A DNA stretch of 63,914 nucleotides, filler included, from Folioceros fuciformis (taxonomy: Eukaryota): assembly GCA_049999805.1 (NCBI GenBank). It is 5 parts of 5 records of this genome, joined end to end, with 100 filler letters (N's around TTAATTAATTAA, not from the genome) between each part and the next. Parts side by side here need not be neighbours in the genome. Positions count along the whole stretch, not along the records: positions 35,998 to 56,896 come from JBNGIO010006248.1; positions 56,997 to 62,388 come from JBNGIO010006256.1; positions 62,489 to 63,914 come from JBNGIO010006334.1; 2 more parts are not named here. One strand, written 5' to 3'. The notes beneath the pieces were generated by a model. That model had not been told where the DNA came from, did not search any database, and saw only the letters and a list, made by a program, of their open reading frames with translations. A program made the position numbers and the translations under genes. Positions 51,292 through 63,914 of this stretch are shown here, piece by piece (position 1 is the stretch's first letter; each line of letters starts with the position of its first letter).

Positions 51292-54200
51292 ATGTTAATT
51301 CGAGTGGGACTCGCTGTCACTTGCTCCGTCGCAGCTTTCACTCTTACCCATCTTAAGAACAGGCGCGACCATGCTGCACCGGGTGCGCTGCTGCTCTCAT
51401 CTTTCTTCTCCGTCGTCCTCTTCGCCCACCGCCTTGCCAGATTTGCGATGTTGGGTTTGTTGGGTTTTGTTGGGTGGGGTTGAAATCTTCCTTTCTGGGT
51501 ACGGGTGCAGAGAGTGACGGTGGCAAAGATGAGGAGGAGTATACCCAGCAGGTCTTCGCTTACGTCTCGGTGGACTCTTCAGCACCGAAAGAGGAGGTTT
51601 GCTCTTTCCGCGTCTCTGCTGTTTTGCTACTTGTGTCCCTTCGGTTGGTGGTAGATGGTGCTGGATCTGATTCCGAATGAATGGATGTGGAATTTGACAA
51701 AATTGTTGATGTTGCTGTTGCTGTCGCTGTCGCAGGAGGAGGAGGAGGTGAAGTGTGTCAACACCGTAAGCCCATCTCGGAGTAGGAAGAGTGTGTTTGG
51801 AAGTCAAGATGGGGAGCAGCTCCTGCTTCCCGAGTTTGAGGATATTTTTACAGAGAATTTGGACTTTCCTTCGGATGCTGCTGATCTTGGCAGCACACAT
51901 GATGTTTCTGCACAAAAAGACAGGGAGACCACGACTCTCAGGAAGGGACGAGGTGAGACCTTGGACGTGGGGAGCACTGAGACTAGTCCAGGTAAGGAGC
52001 AGAGTACGCCCAGGACTAGGATTAGGGGCCAGCGTGTGGGGAGTTTAGTTGAGGAGTGGAGCAGTAGAGTTAGTGATGCTGGGGTGGCCCGGAAGAGGCT
52101 GGCTGATGTTCTCAGCCGGAATGAGTCGGGCTCGGATGCAGAAGCACACGCTGATGGGCAGCAAGGGGATATCACTTTGGATACCAGTTTTACGGACTAT
52201 GTGGACTCCTTGGCGGATGATGCTGCTGAGCTAATGCAGTTGAGGGCTCTTGTGAAGGAGTTGCAGGAGAGGGAGATCAAACTTGAGGGCGAGCTGTTGG
52301 AGTACTATGGCCTGCAAGAAAGGGAGGAGGACTTCGAGCTTATGGAAAGGGAGCTGAAGCAGAAGACGGCCCAGATAGGTAGGCTCAATGCTGAGATAGA
52401 CGCTCTGCAGGAGCAGGGAGCACTTTTTCAGGCTCAGATCACTACCATCCAAGGTCAAAATCTGGAGTATAGGTCGAAAATCGCTGGATTGCAAGCCCAG
52501 GATACCAGTCGAGGAGATGCCCTGGGAAGTTTGAAGAAGCAGTTAGAAGAAACCAGGGTGTTGAATCAGGGCCTTCAGGCGCAGACCACAGAGCTTAGTG
52601 CTAAGGTTGCTGCCATGCAGGCGCAAGAGCTCAAATATCGACTCAAGGTTGCAAGCTTGCAGGCCCAGGATAGCAGTGATGAAGCAGGGAAGAAGTACGG
52701 GGCTGACACCGGCACTGTCGAATCTCTGAGAAAGCAGTTAGAGGAGAGCAAGAAACTGAATGCGGAGCTCCAGAAACAAGTCCACAGTGACACGGGGCAG
52801 GCCAAGGCACAGCTTCTCATGCTCAAGCAGAAGGTGGCCTCGCTTGAGATGAAGGGCCAAGATCGGATCAAAAAGGACTTGGAGACTGAGAAGAAGCTAC
52901 AGTCCCTCAAAGAGCTCGAGGTCGAGGTCGTGGAGTTGCGTCGCACAAATAAGGAACTTCAGCATCAGAAGAGAGAAATGACAGTAAGGCTTGCGACCGC
53001 TGAGTCTGAAGTACACACTCTGTCCAACATCACTGAGGTACGATGCTCCATTTGTTGTACTTGTTTGCTGGCATAGAGCTCTGAACCCCGTGAAGGCGTT
53101 GCTCAGGATGGTGGTATTGTCCTCTGCAGAGTGAGCTTGTGGCACGAGCCGAAGCTGAAACTGCTGCTTTAAGGCATATTAATCAAGATCTGTACAAGCA
53201 AGTTGAAGGGTTGCAGATGAACCGGTTCAGTGAGGTCGAAGAGTTGGTATACCTGCGGTGGGTAAATGCCTGTCTTCGTTATGAGCTCCGCAATTACAAG
53301 GCTCCGCCAGGCAAGTATACAGCAATGGACCTGAACAAAAGCCTCAGTCCCAAGTCCCAAGAGAGAGCTAAGCAGCTCATGCTTGATTATGCTGGACCTG
53401 ATCTGTCCCGTCACAAGGAGCAGGCAGAGAGTGGCTACGATAGTGAGTCCTCACAATCAACTGCATCTGAAACACCTGACGCTGATTTGGGTTACGACTT
53501 TCCATCGGGCCCCATCAAGAAGAAGGGTGGTCTCATGAAGAGACTGAAAAGATGGAGTAGTAGAAGTAAGGATGACTTGATGGACACTGCTAGTATGCCT
53601 TCGTCAGGAACTCATAGTGCAGGGAACAGTCCAGGGCGGAGTTTCAGCGGTGTCAGTGTTGGATCCAAAGGCCCACTTGAAGCTTTGATGCTAAGAAACT
53701 CGAGCGAGGCTGTCGAAATTACGTCTTATGGTGGCAGGAAACAGGAGGATGGTGGGGATCGCACTGAGAATCAGCTCATCAGCAAACTGAAAATGCCGAA
53801 GAAGAAATCAGAGGGACCCAGTGTCGCTGAGTCTTTCCAGCTCATGTCTAAGGTATCAGGCAATGAGCTTGAAAAGTATCCGGCATTCAAGGACAGACAC
53901 AAACTAGCTGTTCAGAGAGAACAGGACATCAAGGAGAAAGCTGAAGAGGTAGCAGCGAGCAAGCGTCCTGAAGCAGCAGCCAAGATGACGCCCGCAGAAG
54001 TGGAAAAGAGGGAGCTCAGAAAAGCTAAACCACCTCCCAAACCTACAGGGCCACCACCTACAGCAGCCCAAGCGTTACAAAAGGGTCTAGGCAAAGGTAT
54101 CCCTCCACCTCCACCACCACCTCCAGGTGGCCCACCACCGCCACCCCCTCCTCCAGGGGCCCCTCTACCTCCAGGTGTACCACCCCCTCCTCCTCCGCCT

Positions 54201-55616
54201 CCTCTAGGTGGTTTGGGTAAGCTGCAGAGTGGTAACAAGATGCAGAGAGCTCCAGAGGTCGTTGAATTCTATCAGTCTTTGATGAAACGTGACCAAAAGG
54301 CAAGTGCCGGAGCTGCTGGTCTCAAAGGCAACTCAGCAGATGCCCGCAGTAGCATGATCGGAGAAATCGAGAACCGCTCTGCACATCTTCTAGCTGTGAG
54401 TGTGCTTGTCTACCCATGGCTTGCTCTTGGCTTGTATGCTTTGAGGATTTTATAGCAACCTCTTCTGGACTTGAGAGTTCCTTAAGTTGTATCTCATTCT
54501 TTTAATTCTGCAGATTAAAGCAGATGTGGAGACACAAGGTGAGTTCGTCCAGTCTCTGGCGACTGAAGTACGAGCCGCTGTCTACTCAAACATTGAGGAT
54601 GTCGTTGCTTTTGTCAACTGGCTTGACGATGAGCTTTCCTTCCTTGTAAGGATGTGTTAAAGCTTCCTCTTCTTTCTGGCTGTTTGGATTTGCGCTGAAG
54701 ATCTGAAGCCTAGTCCATGTTCTCTACAGGTGGATGAGCGAGCTGTATTGAAGCATTTTGATTGGCCCGAGGGCAAGGCGGATGCACTACGAGAAGCTGC
54801 TTTCGAATACCAAGATTTGGAGAAGCTGGCCAATGAAGTGGCAGGCTTTGAGGATGATCTCCGAGTACCGAGTGATTCTTCCCTGAAAAAGATGCTTGCT
54901 GTACTGGAAAAGTAAGGAACCTTGGATCGTGATTGAGATGTGAATGGTCGGGTCGCTGGCAGTATGTGCACCTGAGAAAGTGGGAATGGTTGCTGACCTC
55001 TCTCATGTCGATATGCAGGGTGGAGAACGCTGTGTATGGCCTCCTCCGGACCAGAGACATGGCCGTAGCCCGATACAAGGAGTTCAGCATACCGTCCTAC
55101 TGGTTGCTTGATTCTGGATTGATAGGCAAAGTAAGTTATATCCTCCGTGGTTCATCTTCAAGTCTTACTACTTCCATTCAGAGTCAGGATCTTCGGGAAC
55201 GGCCAGTCTTTCTAACTTTCAATCGGAATGTGTTGTGAACTCCAGATCAAACTTTCCGCTGTTCGACTGGCACAGTTGTATATGAAGAGAGTAGCGCATG
55301 AGCTGGACACTCTGAGCTTTAATCCAGAAAAGGAGCATGTGCGAGAATTCCTACTTCTTCAAGGTGTTCGATTCGCCTTCCGGGTTCATCAGGTGAGAAA
55401 TTCCGCCAACCTCCAACCCGCCTGATTTCATGTTTGTCCTAATTGGTCAACCGTCTTGATAAACTGCTCTCTCACCGTCGCTCTGCGCCCTGGTTCCAGT
55501 TTGCTGGTGGATTTGACCAAGAAACCATGCGTGCCTTTGAAGAGCTGCGTAACCGGGCGCGAGCTCCGGCAGCTGCAGCCGATGTCGAGGAAGAAGAGGA
55601 ACAACAACAGGAGTGA
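51292..55616 (+). CDS. CHUP1: CHLOROPLAST UNUSUAL POSITIONING 1 homolog
   Basis: N-terminal MLIRVGLAVTCSVAAFTL, LLPEFED and ELQEREIKLEGELLEYYGL. Also KQVEGLQMNRFSEVEELVYLRWVNACLRYELRNY, a poly-Pro tract, RAPEVVEFYQSLMKRD, DERAVLKHFDWPEGKADALREAAFEY and QGVRFAFRVHQ/FAGGFD. The stop is at 55614-55616. Confidence 0.96.
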
Positions 55617-56734
55617 TTCCAAGTTCGAAGATCCGTTTCTCTGGAGGTTCACATTTCTCCACATGTACAACCACAATTGATTGTGATGTCGCGCCGGTGC
55701 ACGACACTGCATCGCCAGCAACTCGGCCGTCACTGGTCTCATGTCCCCGGCCTTTTTGCCAATTTTCGTTACAAAACTGAGGAGCATCGGACCCATGTAT
55801 GTATCACAATGTCCATGCCACTGGTGTAAGGTTATAGTGCTGTTAACTCTTTGGAATGGCGTCCTCCCTGGAATTTTCTTCCAAACCTCAAGGCCGTCCT
55901 GTAAGAACAAAAGGCGCGGAAATGGCCTGGGTGTGTGCCACCCCTGCGGGCGAAGGCTAGGCATCGTCCACACAACCTTCGTCAACTGTCAACCGGGGGT
56001 ACACGAAATGTATTTGTTGCAGCTATGAACTATACGTGATATTACAAGCTCATGATACTCTATTATTTTCGAAACAGTATTTAATTTTTCCTTTCCTATA
56101 CATATGGCGCATTTCAAACAACCCTTTTCAATTGGCATTCAAAAATCTCTCGAGGGCCGTCCATGTTGAAACACTTCACTATAGCTATTATTTTCTACCA
56201 TTTTAGGGTTTATAGCATCATTAATTAAAAGAATTATATTTATTTAATTTTCAAGTTATAAAATAAAATAACTCATAAAAAGATTATGAAACATTATGCA
56301 TGAGAAATAATTTTATTGGAAAAGAGATCAATCCATCAAGAACAACCTTCAAAGGTCAAAGGGGACCAACTCTTCTATTCTTTTCCATCTCAATGGGGCA
56401 CATATTTTCATGTTGTTTTTAGAATGTTCCTTTCACGACTTGATGTGAGAAATAATCATTTGATGACGCTTAAACCTGCAAACACTGACGTACCTCCTTT
56501 TCGCACATCCCATTCACAATGAAATAAATGGAGACCAGAAAAACCCCTACAAACGTACTATAGTCGAAGAAACTATAATTAATTGCCTGAGGTCAGGGCA
56601 ACTGTTGGATTACCCATGACACGTAACGACGAATTTTAGCTCGTAAGATATCCCGACGACTGCGGGTCGTTTCAAGAAGGGATAAACGCGTCCGTTTGTG
56701 TTCTGCAACGCGTCATGAGATCCGTGAGTCGAAA

Positions 56735-56896
56735 ATGGAGATGGACATCCAGGGGGACGGGGAAGCGAAGGGAGTGGAATCCATGATGTTGCTGCACCAG
56801 GCAGCGAGGGACAACGATGTGGAGCGAACCGTGGCGATGTTGGCGGAGGCGGAGGGAGCTGGGCCCGTGATGGTGGCGGACGAGGCTGGGCGGCTG
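56735..56896 (+). CDS. 5' fragment of a probable ankyrin-repeat protein, truncated by a gap
   Basis: 'LLHQAARDNDVERTVAMLAE...VADEAGRL' matches the ankyrin consensus LHxAAxxGxxxxVxxLL...DxxGxxP and runs into Ns. Confidence 0.65.
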
Positions 56897-57288
56897 NNNN
56901 NNNNNNNNNNNNNNNNNNNNNNNNNNNNNNNNNNNNNNNNTTAATTAATTAANNNNNNNNNNNNNNNNNNNNNNNNNNNNNNNNNNNNNNNNNNNNAGAG
57001 ATTGCAAGTCGCCAATCTTTGCTGACCAAGTTTCCCAGCCCTCCGGCCGTCCAAACAAGCTTATAGGTACATGCTTGAGTAGTGTCATGACTGCAAATAG
57101 CCATGCAGGAGTTTTGCAGGAAAGGGTGTCTGGCTGGAAAGGCATCTTCCAGAGAGAGACCCTCCCAGGAGCTCTGTTGAAACGACTTCTCCGAGATTCA
57201 GTAGTCAGGAGGGATGCCAGCTAGAATAGGAACCATATGCCACCTCATTTTCTGTACAGGGAATCCTCCGGAGCTCCTTTGGCAAAAA

Positions 57289-60200
57289 ATGCCAGCCCGG
57301 AGGTATTCACGGCTTGCTGCCCTGGATGTGCTGGATGGTCCTGAGCCCTGTCAGGACAGACATGAAGGATTCAGAACCTGGGTGACGGCAGAAACCGTGA
57401 GCAAACTATGTGCAGAGGGGAATCTCGCCAAGGCTGTAGAGGCTTTGGGAGTTCTGGTGCAGGCAGGCTACTGTGTTTCCAAAGCTCTTTCCTCTGTTGT
57501 GCTGAGCAACTGCGTCCGGGAGAGGAATCTTGTTCTGGGTCGGCGCGTGCATGCTTTCACCGTGCAAATTGGGTATCAATCGGACACGTTCTTGTGCAAC
57601 CGAATCCTGCGAATGTATGCTTGCCATGGAAAGCTCCACGACGCGATGGATGTGTTTGCAGGGGTTGCTGAGCCAGATGCGTTTACATGGTCCTGCATCA
57701 TTTCTGCGCATGTGAAGCATGGGCAACACAAGCAGGCCATGCAACTGTATCGGGAAATGCGCAGGTCGAGTGCGATTCCAGATGGGTATGTGTTTGTGGC
57801 AGCCCTCCAGGCTTGCGCAAGGGGAGGAGATTTGAAGTCTGGGCGGTATGTGCATGCTGATGTGTTGGCTGGAGGGGTGGAGCATGATCTTTTCGTTTGT
57901 AATGGCTTGGTGGACATGTATGCGAAGTGTGGGAATTTGGAAGCTGCAGAACAATTGTTTGACACCCTTGGTGTAAAGGATGTGGTGACCTGGACTTCCA
58001 TGATAGGGGGTTATTCCCAGCTGGGCAAAGGTCAGGAAGCCCTTCATCTGTACAGTGAGATGCGAGAAGAAGGCATGATCGTACCCAACGCCGTGACCTT
58101 TGTGTGTCTGCTGCAGGCATGTGCAAGCGTGGGTATCCCAGCTTTGGAGGTGGGGAAGCAGCTTCATGACCACATTAGAGAAAGGGGATACGAAGGTGAT
58201 ATGTTTGTGGCCAGCAGCTTGGTGAACATGTATGTGAAATGTGGCAGCATAGAGGATGCTCAGGAAGTTTTCGACGGACTTGGTGAGAAGAATGTGGTAA
58301 CGTGGAGTGCCATGATAGCAGGATATTTCAAGCACGGAATGCCGGAGGAAGCCCTTGACCTTTACAGCGAGATGCAAGGTGGCGGCCTGGCTGTACCTAA
58401 TTCAGTGACATTTGTGTGCCTCCTGCAGGGATGTGCACGTGTGGGCATTGCCGCTTTGGAAACCGGAAAGCAGCTTCACGTGGAAATTTTGGAACATGGA
58501 CACCAAGGTGATGTGCTTGTAGCAAACAGTTTGGTCAACATGTATGCCATGTGTGGCAGCCTAGAGGATGCTCAGAGAGTGTTTGATGAACTATGTCAAA
58601 AGGATGTGGTGACGTGGAATGCCGTGATAGCAGGGTACTCCCTGCAGGACAAGGGCCAGGAAGCCCTTCGTCTGTACAGGGCCATGGTTGAGGGGCGCAT
58701 GGTTGAACCTATTGCTGTGACGTTTGTGTCGCTTCTGCAGGCGTGTGCGACTATGGGCGCCCAGGCACTGGAAAGGGGGAGACGACTCCATACACAAATT
58801 CAGGAACGAGCACTGCAAGTTGACGTGTTCATAGGCAATAGTTGGGTGAACATGTATGCAAAATGTGGTAGCTTGCGAGACGCCCAAAGAGTGTTTCATG
58901 GTCTCGTTCGGAAAGACGTGGTGACTTGGAATGCCATGATAGCCCAGTATTCACAGCGTAGTATGGGAGAAGAAGCCCTTTGTCTCCGCAGTGTAATGCA
59001 AGAAGATAAGCTCATTGTGCCCGATGTTGTGACATTTGTGTGCCTCCTACTGCAGGTGTGGGCACTTCAGCTCTGGAGGGGGAAGCAGCTCCATGCAGAA
59101 ATTAGAGACCAAGGACGTCAAACTGAGGTGTTTGTGGCCAGCAGCTTGGTTAACATGTATGCAAAATGTGATAGCTTGCAAAACGCCCTGATTGTGTTTC
59201 ATGGACTTGTTCAAAAGGATGTTGTGACGTGGAACGCCATGATATCAGGGTATTCCCAGCAGGGCATGGGACAGGAGGCCCTTCATCTATATACCGTTAT
59301 GCGAGAAGAAGGCCTGGCTGTACCTGACTATGTGACATTTGTGTGCCTCCTGCAGGCATGTGCAGGTTTGGGCACCATAGCTTTGGACAAGGGGAAGCAG
59401 CTTCATCAACACATTAGCGAAGAAGAGCTCGAGGCTGATGTGTTTCTAGCTAACAGTCTGGTGAATAGGTATGCAAAGTGTGGCGGTTTGGAAGATGGCA
59501 AGAAAGTCTTTGATGGACTCCGTCAAAAAGATGTGGTCACGTGGAATGCCATGATATCAGGATATTGCCAGCAGCGCATGGGCCAGGAAGCCCTTTGCCT
59601 TTATTCTGCTATGCAAGTAGAAGGCATTGCCTTAGCCAGTTCCGTGACCCTTGTGTGCCTCTTGCAGGCTCGTGCAATTGTCGGAAGCCCAGCTTTGGAG
59701 AAGGGTAAGGAGATTCATGCCCAGATTGAGTTAGTAGGACCTCAAGCGGATGCATTTTTAACCAGTAGTTTGGTAGACATGTATGCAAAGTATGGCAGCC
59801 TTCAAGATGCTTAGAGAGTGTTTGATGGGCTTCGTCTAAAGGATGCGGTGACGTGGAGTGCCATGATAGCAGGGTACTCAAAGCATGGCATGGGCCAGGA
59901 AGCCCTTCGCCTCTACTCTGCTATGCGAGAAGAAGGCGTCGGTGTACGCAGTTCTGTTACATTTGCATTCCTCCTAAAGGCATGCGCAGATGTGGCAGAT
60001 TTGCACGTAGGAAGGCAGCTACATGCTCAAATTGCGGAACTGGATCTTCAAACAGATGTGTTTGTAGCCTGTAGCTTGATAAGTATGTATGGGGAGTCTG
60101 GGAGCACACTTGATGCACAATAGGTGTTTGAGCGATTGCCCAACACAAACGTCGCTGCCTGGAAAGCACTGCGTGCAATATACAGCACCCAAGGAGATAG

Positions 60201-60900
60201 TGAACAGGTCTTTGACTTGTTGCTCAAAATGAGACAGGACGGCATATGTCCCGATGGAATCACTTTCGTTTCCACACTGACGGTCTGCAGTCATGCGGGC
60301 TTGGTGACAAAGGGGCAAGAGTACTTCGAGTCCATGAGCCGAGACTATGGCATCACACCCACAGTGCAGCACTACACATGCATGGTGGATCTCTTGGGCC
60401 GGGCAGGCCGACCGGATGACGCTCTAGCTTTCATAATCGCAATGCCGTGCCTTCCTGATTCTGGAGTTTGGTTTGGTACACAATGTTGGGTGCTTGTCGG
60501 AAGTGGGGCAAGGTGGAGGTGGGACGGCATGCTTTTGAGCAAGCAGTGAGGCTGGACGAGAGAGATGCTGCAGCGTATCCGTAGATGTCACACATCTACA
60601 GCGGGGCCCAGATGTGGGAGGAAGCTCACAGCATGCAGGCCAGGAGAATCAGAATAAAGGCATGGAAACAGCCTGGTCGGAGCTGGTGGACAGACTTGTG
60701 CACACCTTCTCGGCTAGGGAGAAAGAATATCTCAAGGGTCGAGCAAGGCTGAGTGACATAGTCGGCAATCTGATAGAACAAGAATCTGACCCGATCTGGA
60801 CTCGTTACCCGCAAGCATCTCAGATGAGGGAAGGGAACATGAGTTGTGTAAGCTTGCAACCACAACTCTAGAAATGGGTGTGCACGAGGAAGGTTTCTGA
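57289..60900 (+). pseudogene. PLS-class PPR RNA-editing factor with E domains and a degenerate DYW:WW-type C-terminus; pseudogene
   Basis: Many P-L-S triplets (LVNMYAKCGSLEDAQxVFD, KDVVTWNAMIxGY, VTFVCLLQACA), HYTCMVDLLGRAG, and AWKQPGRSWWTD at 60660-60695. In-frame TAG at 59812 and 60121, a frameshift near 60470, and further lesions downstream. Confidence 0.9.
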
Positions 60901-61059
60901 GAACTTCAGATTCTCTACACACTCTTCAGGTCTGGAGAGGCGGTGGCTTGCAAAACATGGCTCGTTAAACTGTTTGAGTGCATGAGACAAGAAGAAGCCA
61001 GACACACCTTGTGGCATTTTTTTTTTCTGAGTATGTCTCAGGCCTTCTCCCATCCATGC

Positions 61060-62388
61060 TAAGGTTGATACGGAGTACGTTCACGTTGATAAGTCCGCAC
61101 AGGAGCATTCCTATGTTCACTTCCCGGGGGGCTGCATAGGAGGGAGAATGTTGGCCTAGATTGGCAGCCCAGACCTGTGGCAGGACCTGCCGCACCTATA
61201 GGGTTTACCACCCCTGGCCTGCCCGCAGGCCTCGTTGCACCAGTTCCGATTCCTCTCCCGGGCTCACCTCCACAGCCCAGCGCTATCCTCACCACACCGG
61301 TTAGGGCTCCCTCAACTTCAGGTGCCCCGATCACACCAACTCTCCCTCCTCCTCAACCTGCTGCCCAGGGACTGCTTCCTCCCTTGCAGCTCATAGGGGA
61401 GATGGCACGGGAACTGAAACCGATGACCTGCAAGTTCACTTGCAACCAGCAACGGGAACGAGTGATCAAAACAACCCTGACCCCACAACTCGCACCTCCC
61501 GGAGAACCACTAAGGGCATTCCCAGGATCAAGTTTCATGACTTAGATTTTTCCGGCGCTCATGGCCTAGCTGCTCATGCAGCTGATCGACCCAACATAGA
61601 TTCAACAAAGGAGGCCCTTGCTGGCCTTGAAGCAGAAGGATGGAAAAAGGCCATGGAGAGCAAGTATCAATCCTTTTATGGACAACAAAACTTGGACCCT
61701 TGTACCATTGCCACCAAGACGTCACATTGTGGGAAGCAAATGGATACCCAGAAAGAAATATAACGTTGATGTGATGGTCAAATGCTGATGTGATGGTCAA
61801 GTTTCCAGACTGAAGGCCTGTTTTGTCGCAAGAGGTTTCACTGAGCATGATGGGCTCGATTACTCATGTGTTAGGGTCTACACCCTAGTTGTCAAACTGA
61901 CCTCCCTACGTGTTATGCTGGCTTTAGCAGCCCTGCATAATCTCCATACCCATCAGCTTGAGGTGCATACCGCGTATTTGTATAGTACTCTCAGGGAAGT
62001 AATTCATATAAGGCAGCCAGATGGATACATAAAACCAGGATAAGAGGACTTGGTGCTTGCTCCACAAAGGTCTTTACGGCCTCAAGCAATCTGGTAAAGA
62101 ATGGTATTAAGAACTTTTCACATGCCTCACATGCATGTAGGCTCTCACATGCTAATGACTAATGATGGGTCTCTACGTTGATGACCTAATCATGATCTCT
62201 AATGATGCAAAACACTATCAAAATGCAAAGGTGCACTCTTGCGTAGATTCTCCATGACAGATAATGGCATTATGCAATTTTGCCTAGGCATACAGGTTGT
62301 GTATGATTCCTCTCAACGGAGTATTACCTTACACCAGGACTGGTATGTGATTGATGTTCTGGATAAGTTCCACATGACCAATTGTAAA
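61060..62388 (+). mobile_element. Ty1/Copia retrotransposon fragment (integrase-RT linker and degenerate reverse transcriptase)
   Basis: EAL...WKKAMES, NKTWTLVPLP...VGSKW, RLKAxFVARGF, LYGLKQSGKEWY, LYVDDL and MTDxG...CLGIQV are spread across frameshifts and stops. Confidence 0.9.
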
Positions 62389-62488
62389 NNNNNNNNNNNN
62401 NNNNNNNNNNNNNNNNNNNNNNNNNNNNNNNNTTAATTAATTAANNNNNNNNNNNNNNNNNNNNNNNNNNNNNNNNNNNNNNNNNNNN

Positions 62489-63914
62489 GCAGCTTCTTCA
62501 ACTTCTTTCCAGTTTGACGTTCCACCAATGCAAGATATTCCACAAAGACATCATAACATCTGACTTCTTCCAGAGTATGTATGTGTGTGTATATCTCGAG
62601 AAGTCATCAATGAATGATATGAAAAATTCTGCACCACTGAAAGATTTCCCTAAAATGGACCCACAGATATCAGCATGTACAAGCTCCAGCACTTCCAGGG
62701 CACGTTCAGGAGCCTTGTTCTTAAAAGGAAGCTCATGTTGCTTGCCAAAAACGCATGCTTCGCACAGAGGTAGATCTGATAAAGTCTCCTTAATCCCATC
62801 TCTGTACAGGTTACTAGAAGGAAGCTTATATAGTCTCTGTGCATGAGGATGCCCTAGACGTAAATGCCACAACTTTGTGTTCTTTGGTTGAGAACTAGTC
62901 TGGCCCTCAAATGATCCTTGATGTGCTTCCACAGGAGGAAATTCCGCAGTCGCCGCATCAACTGTATGAATAGGCTTCTTCAAGGGATGAAGAGGTCGAA
63001 GATCTAGCTTATACAGCTCACTTTGCTCGGTGCCCCTTGTCACTACAAGATCAGAGTCCTTCACGCCAATTTCGCAGTCATTGTCAGTGAATTGAACTGT
63101 GTGCACACCTTCTTTGCAGAGCTGCCTAACTGATAAAAGGTGTTTTGTCATGGCAGGGACATGAAGAACATCCTCTAGCACAACAATGCTACCATCAGCC
63201 ATTTCAACAGGGACACTACTCTGTCCTTTTATAGCTAGTCCACTCATCGCCCAGCAGGACAAACTGTCCAGGTTGAGACTCCTCATAGGATGAGAAAAAT
63301 AGCATGTTGTGACAAATGTGTGTTGTGGCATCCGAGTCCAAAAACCAAAAGTTCTGCTTCACTGATGATGAGTTAGCAAGACACACTGTAAGTATCACAT
63401 GTGTGCCTTTTGCAGTCTTCTTCACAGCTACATGAGAGCTTGGTGCCAACTCCTTTCTAGGTTCTCCATTAGCCTTTTTCCTGCATTCCCGCTCCCAGTG
63501 ATTTGGAAGACCACACCATCTGCAGTTTCCAGGCCGTTTCTTTGAGGATTCAGCTCCTCCAGGGTTTTGCAGGTGAGTATGGTTTTCCTCCCCACTTCTT
63601 CTTACATTTCCCCTTTTCAGCATACAAAGCATGAGCTTTATCTCTTCCACGACTTTGTTGCAGGCCCTCCATTTGTGCTTCCTCTTGCATGAATGCTCCG
63701 AAGATTTCACTCAAGTCCAACATAGGTGGATTTCCAGTGCCCCTTACCCTAGTCTCAGCCTCTCTCACCACTTGGTTTTGAGTTGATACAAAGGAGCGGT
63801 ATGCTGGTGAAAGGGAATTCAGAAAAAATAGCACCAGCCCGAAAATTAGATATTACATCGCCTGCAGCATGTAACATATTTCTAGCTGCTCTGAATGTAC
63901 TGATGTACTTTTCT
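62489..63914 (-). mobile_element. Ty1/Copia retrotransposon fragment (gag, zinc knuckle, protease, GAG-pre-integrase, integrase N-part), frameshifted
   Basis: FLNSLSPAYRSFV, CRWCGLPNHWEREC, WFLDSDATTHIC, LWHLRLGHP, CEACVFGKQH and LELVHADICG...FIDDFSRYT lie in three different frames. Confidence 0.93.

Noticed and set aside
57406-58377. 323-aa antisense ORF over the PPR gene and similar antisense ORFs over CHUP1, FHA and TPK
   Set aside because: These are reverse-strand shadows of real coding sequence with no independent motifs.

Overview
This is eukaryotic land-plant nuclear DNA with short GT-AG introns, most likely from a hornwort (Anthoceros-like). That assignment is an inference from a PPR gene carrying the 'PGxSWWTD' DYW:WW signature and from the compact gene layout. 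It is a draft scaffold with four 100-bp gaps, each holding an artificial TTAATTAATTAA marker. About 1-22 kb is repeat-rich: two or three diverged copies of a multi-kb unit carrying an unrecognised Tyr/Gly/acidic tandem-repeat ORF, decayed retroelement-like segments, several minisatellites and a MITE-like element. About 22.9-56.9 kb is gene-dense: a two-pore K+ channel (TPK), a DTW-domain gene with a tandem pseudogene, oligopeptidase B ending in SKL*, a TORNADO1-like LRR-Roc gene cut by a gap, an OEP16-4-like PRAT protein, a steroleosin/11-beta-HSD-like SDR whose catalytic YxxxK reads YxxxN, an FHA coiled-coil protein, CHUP1 and the start of an ankyrin protein. The end holds a pseudogenised PLS-class PPR editing factor and two oppositely oriented Ty1/Copia fragments. 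The most unusual item is the duplicated orphan YG-repeat gene family. No CRISPR array, rRNA or tRNA was seen. All gene models were spliced by eye and no database search was run.
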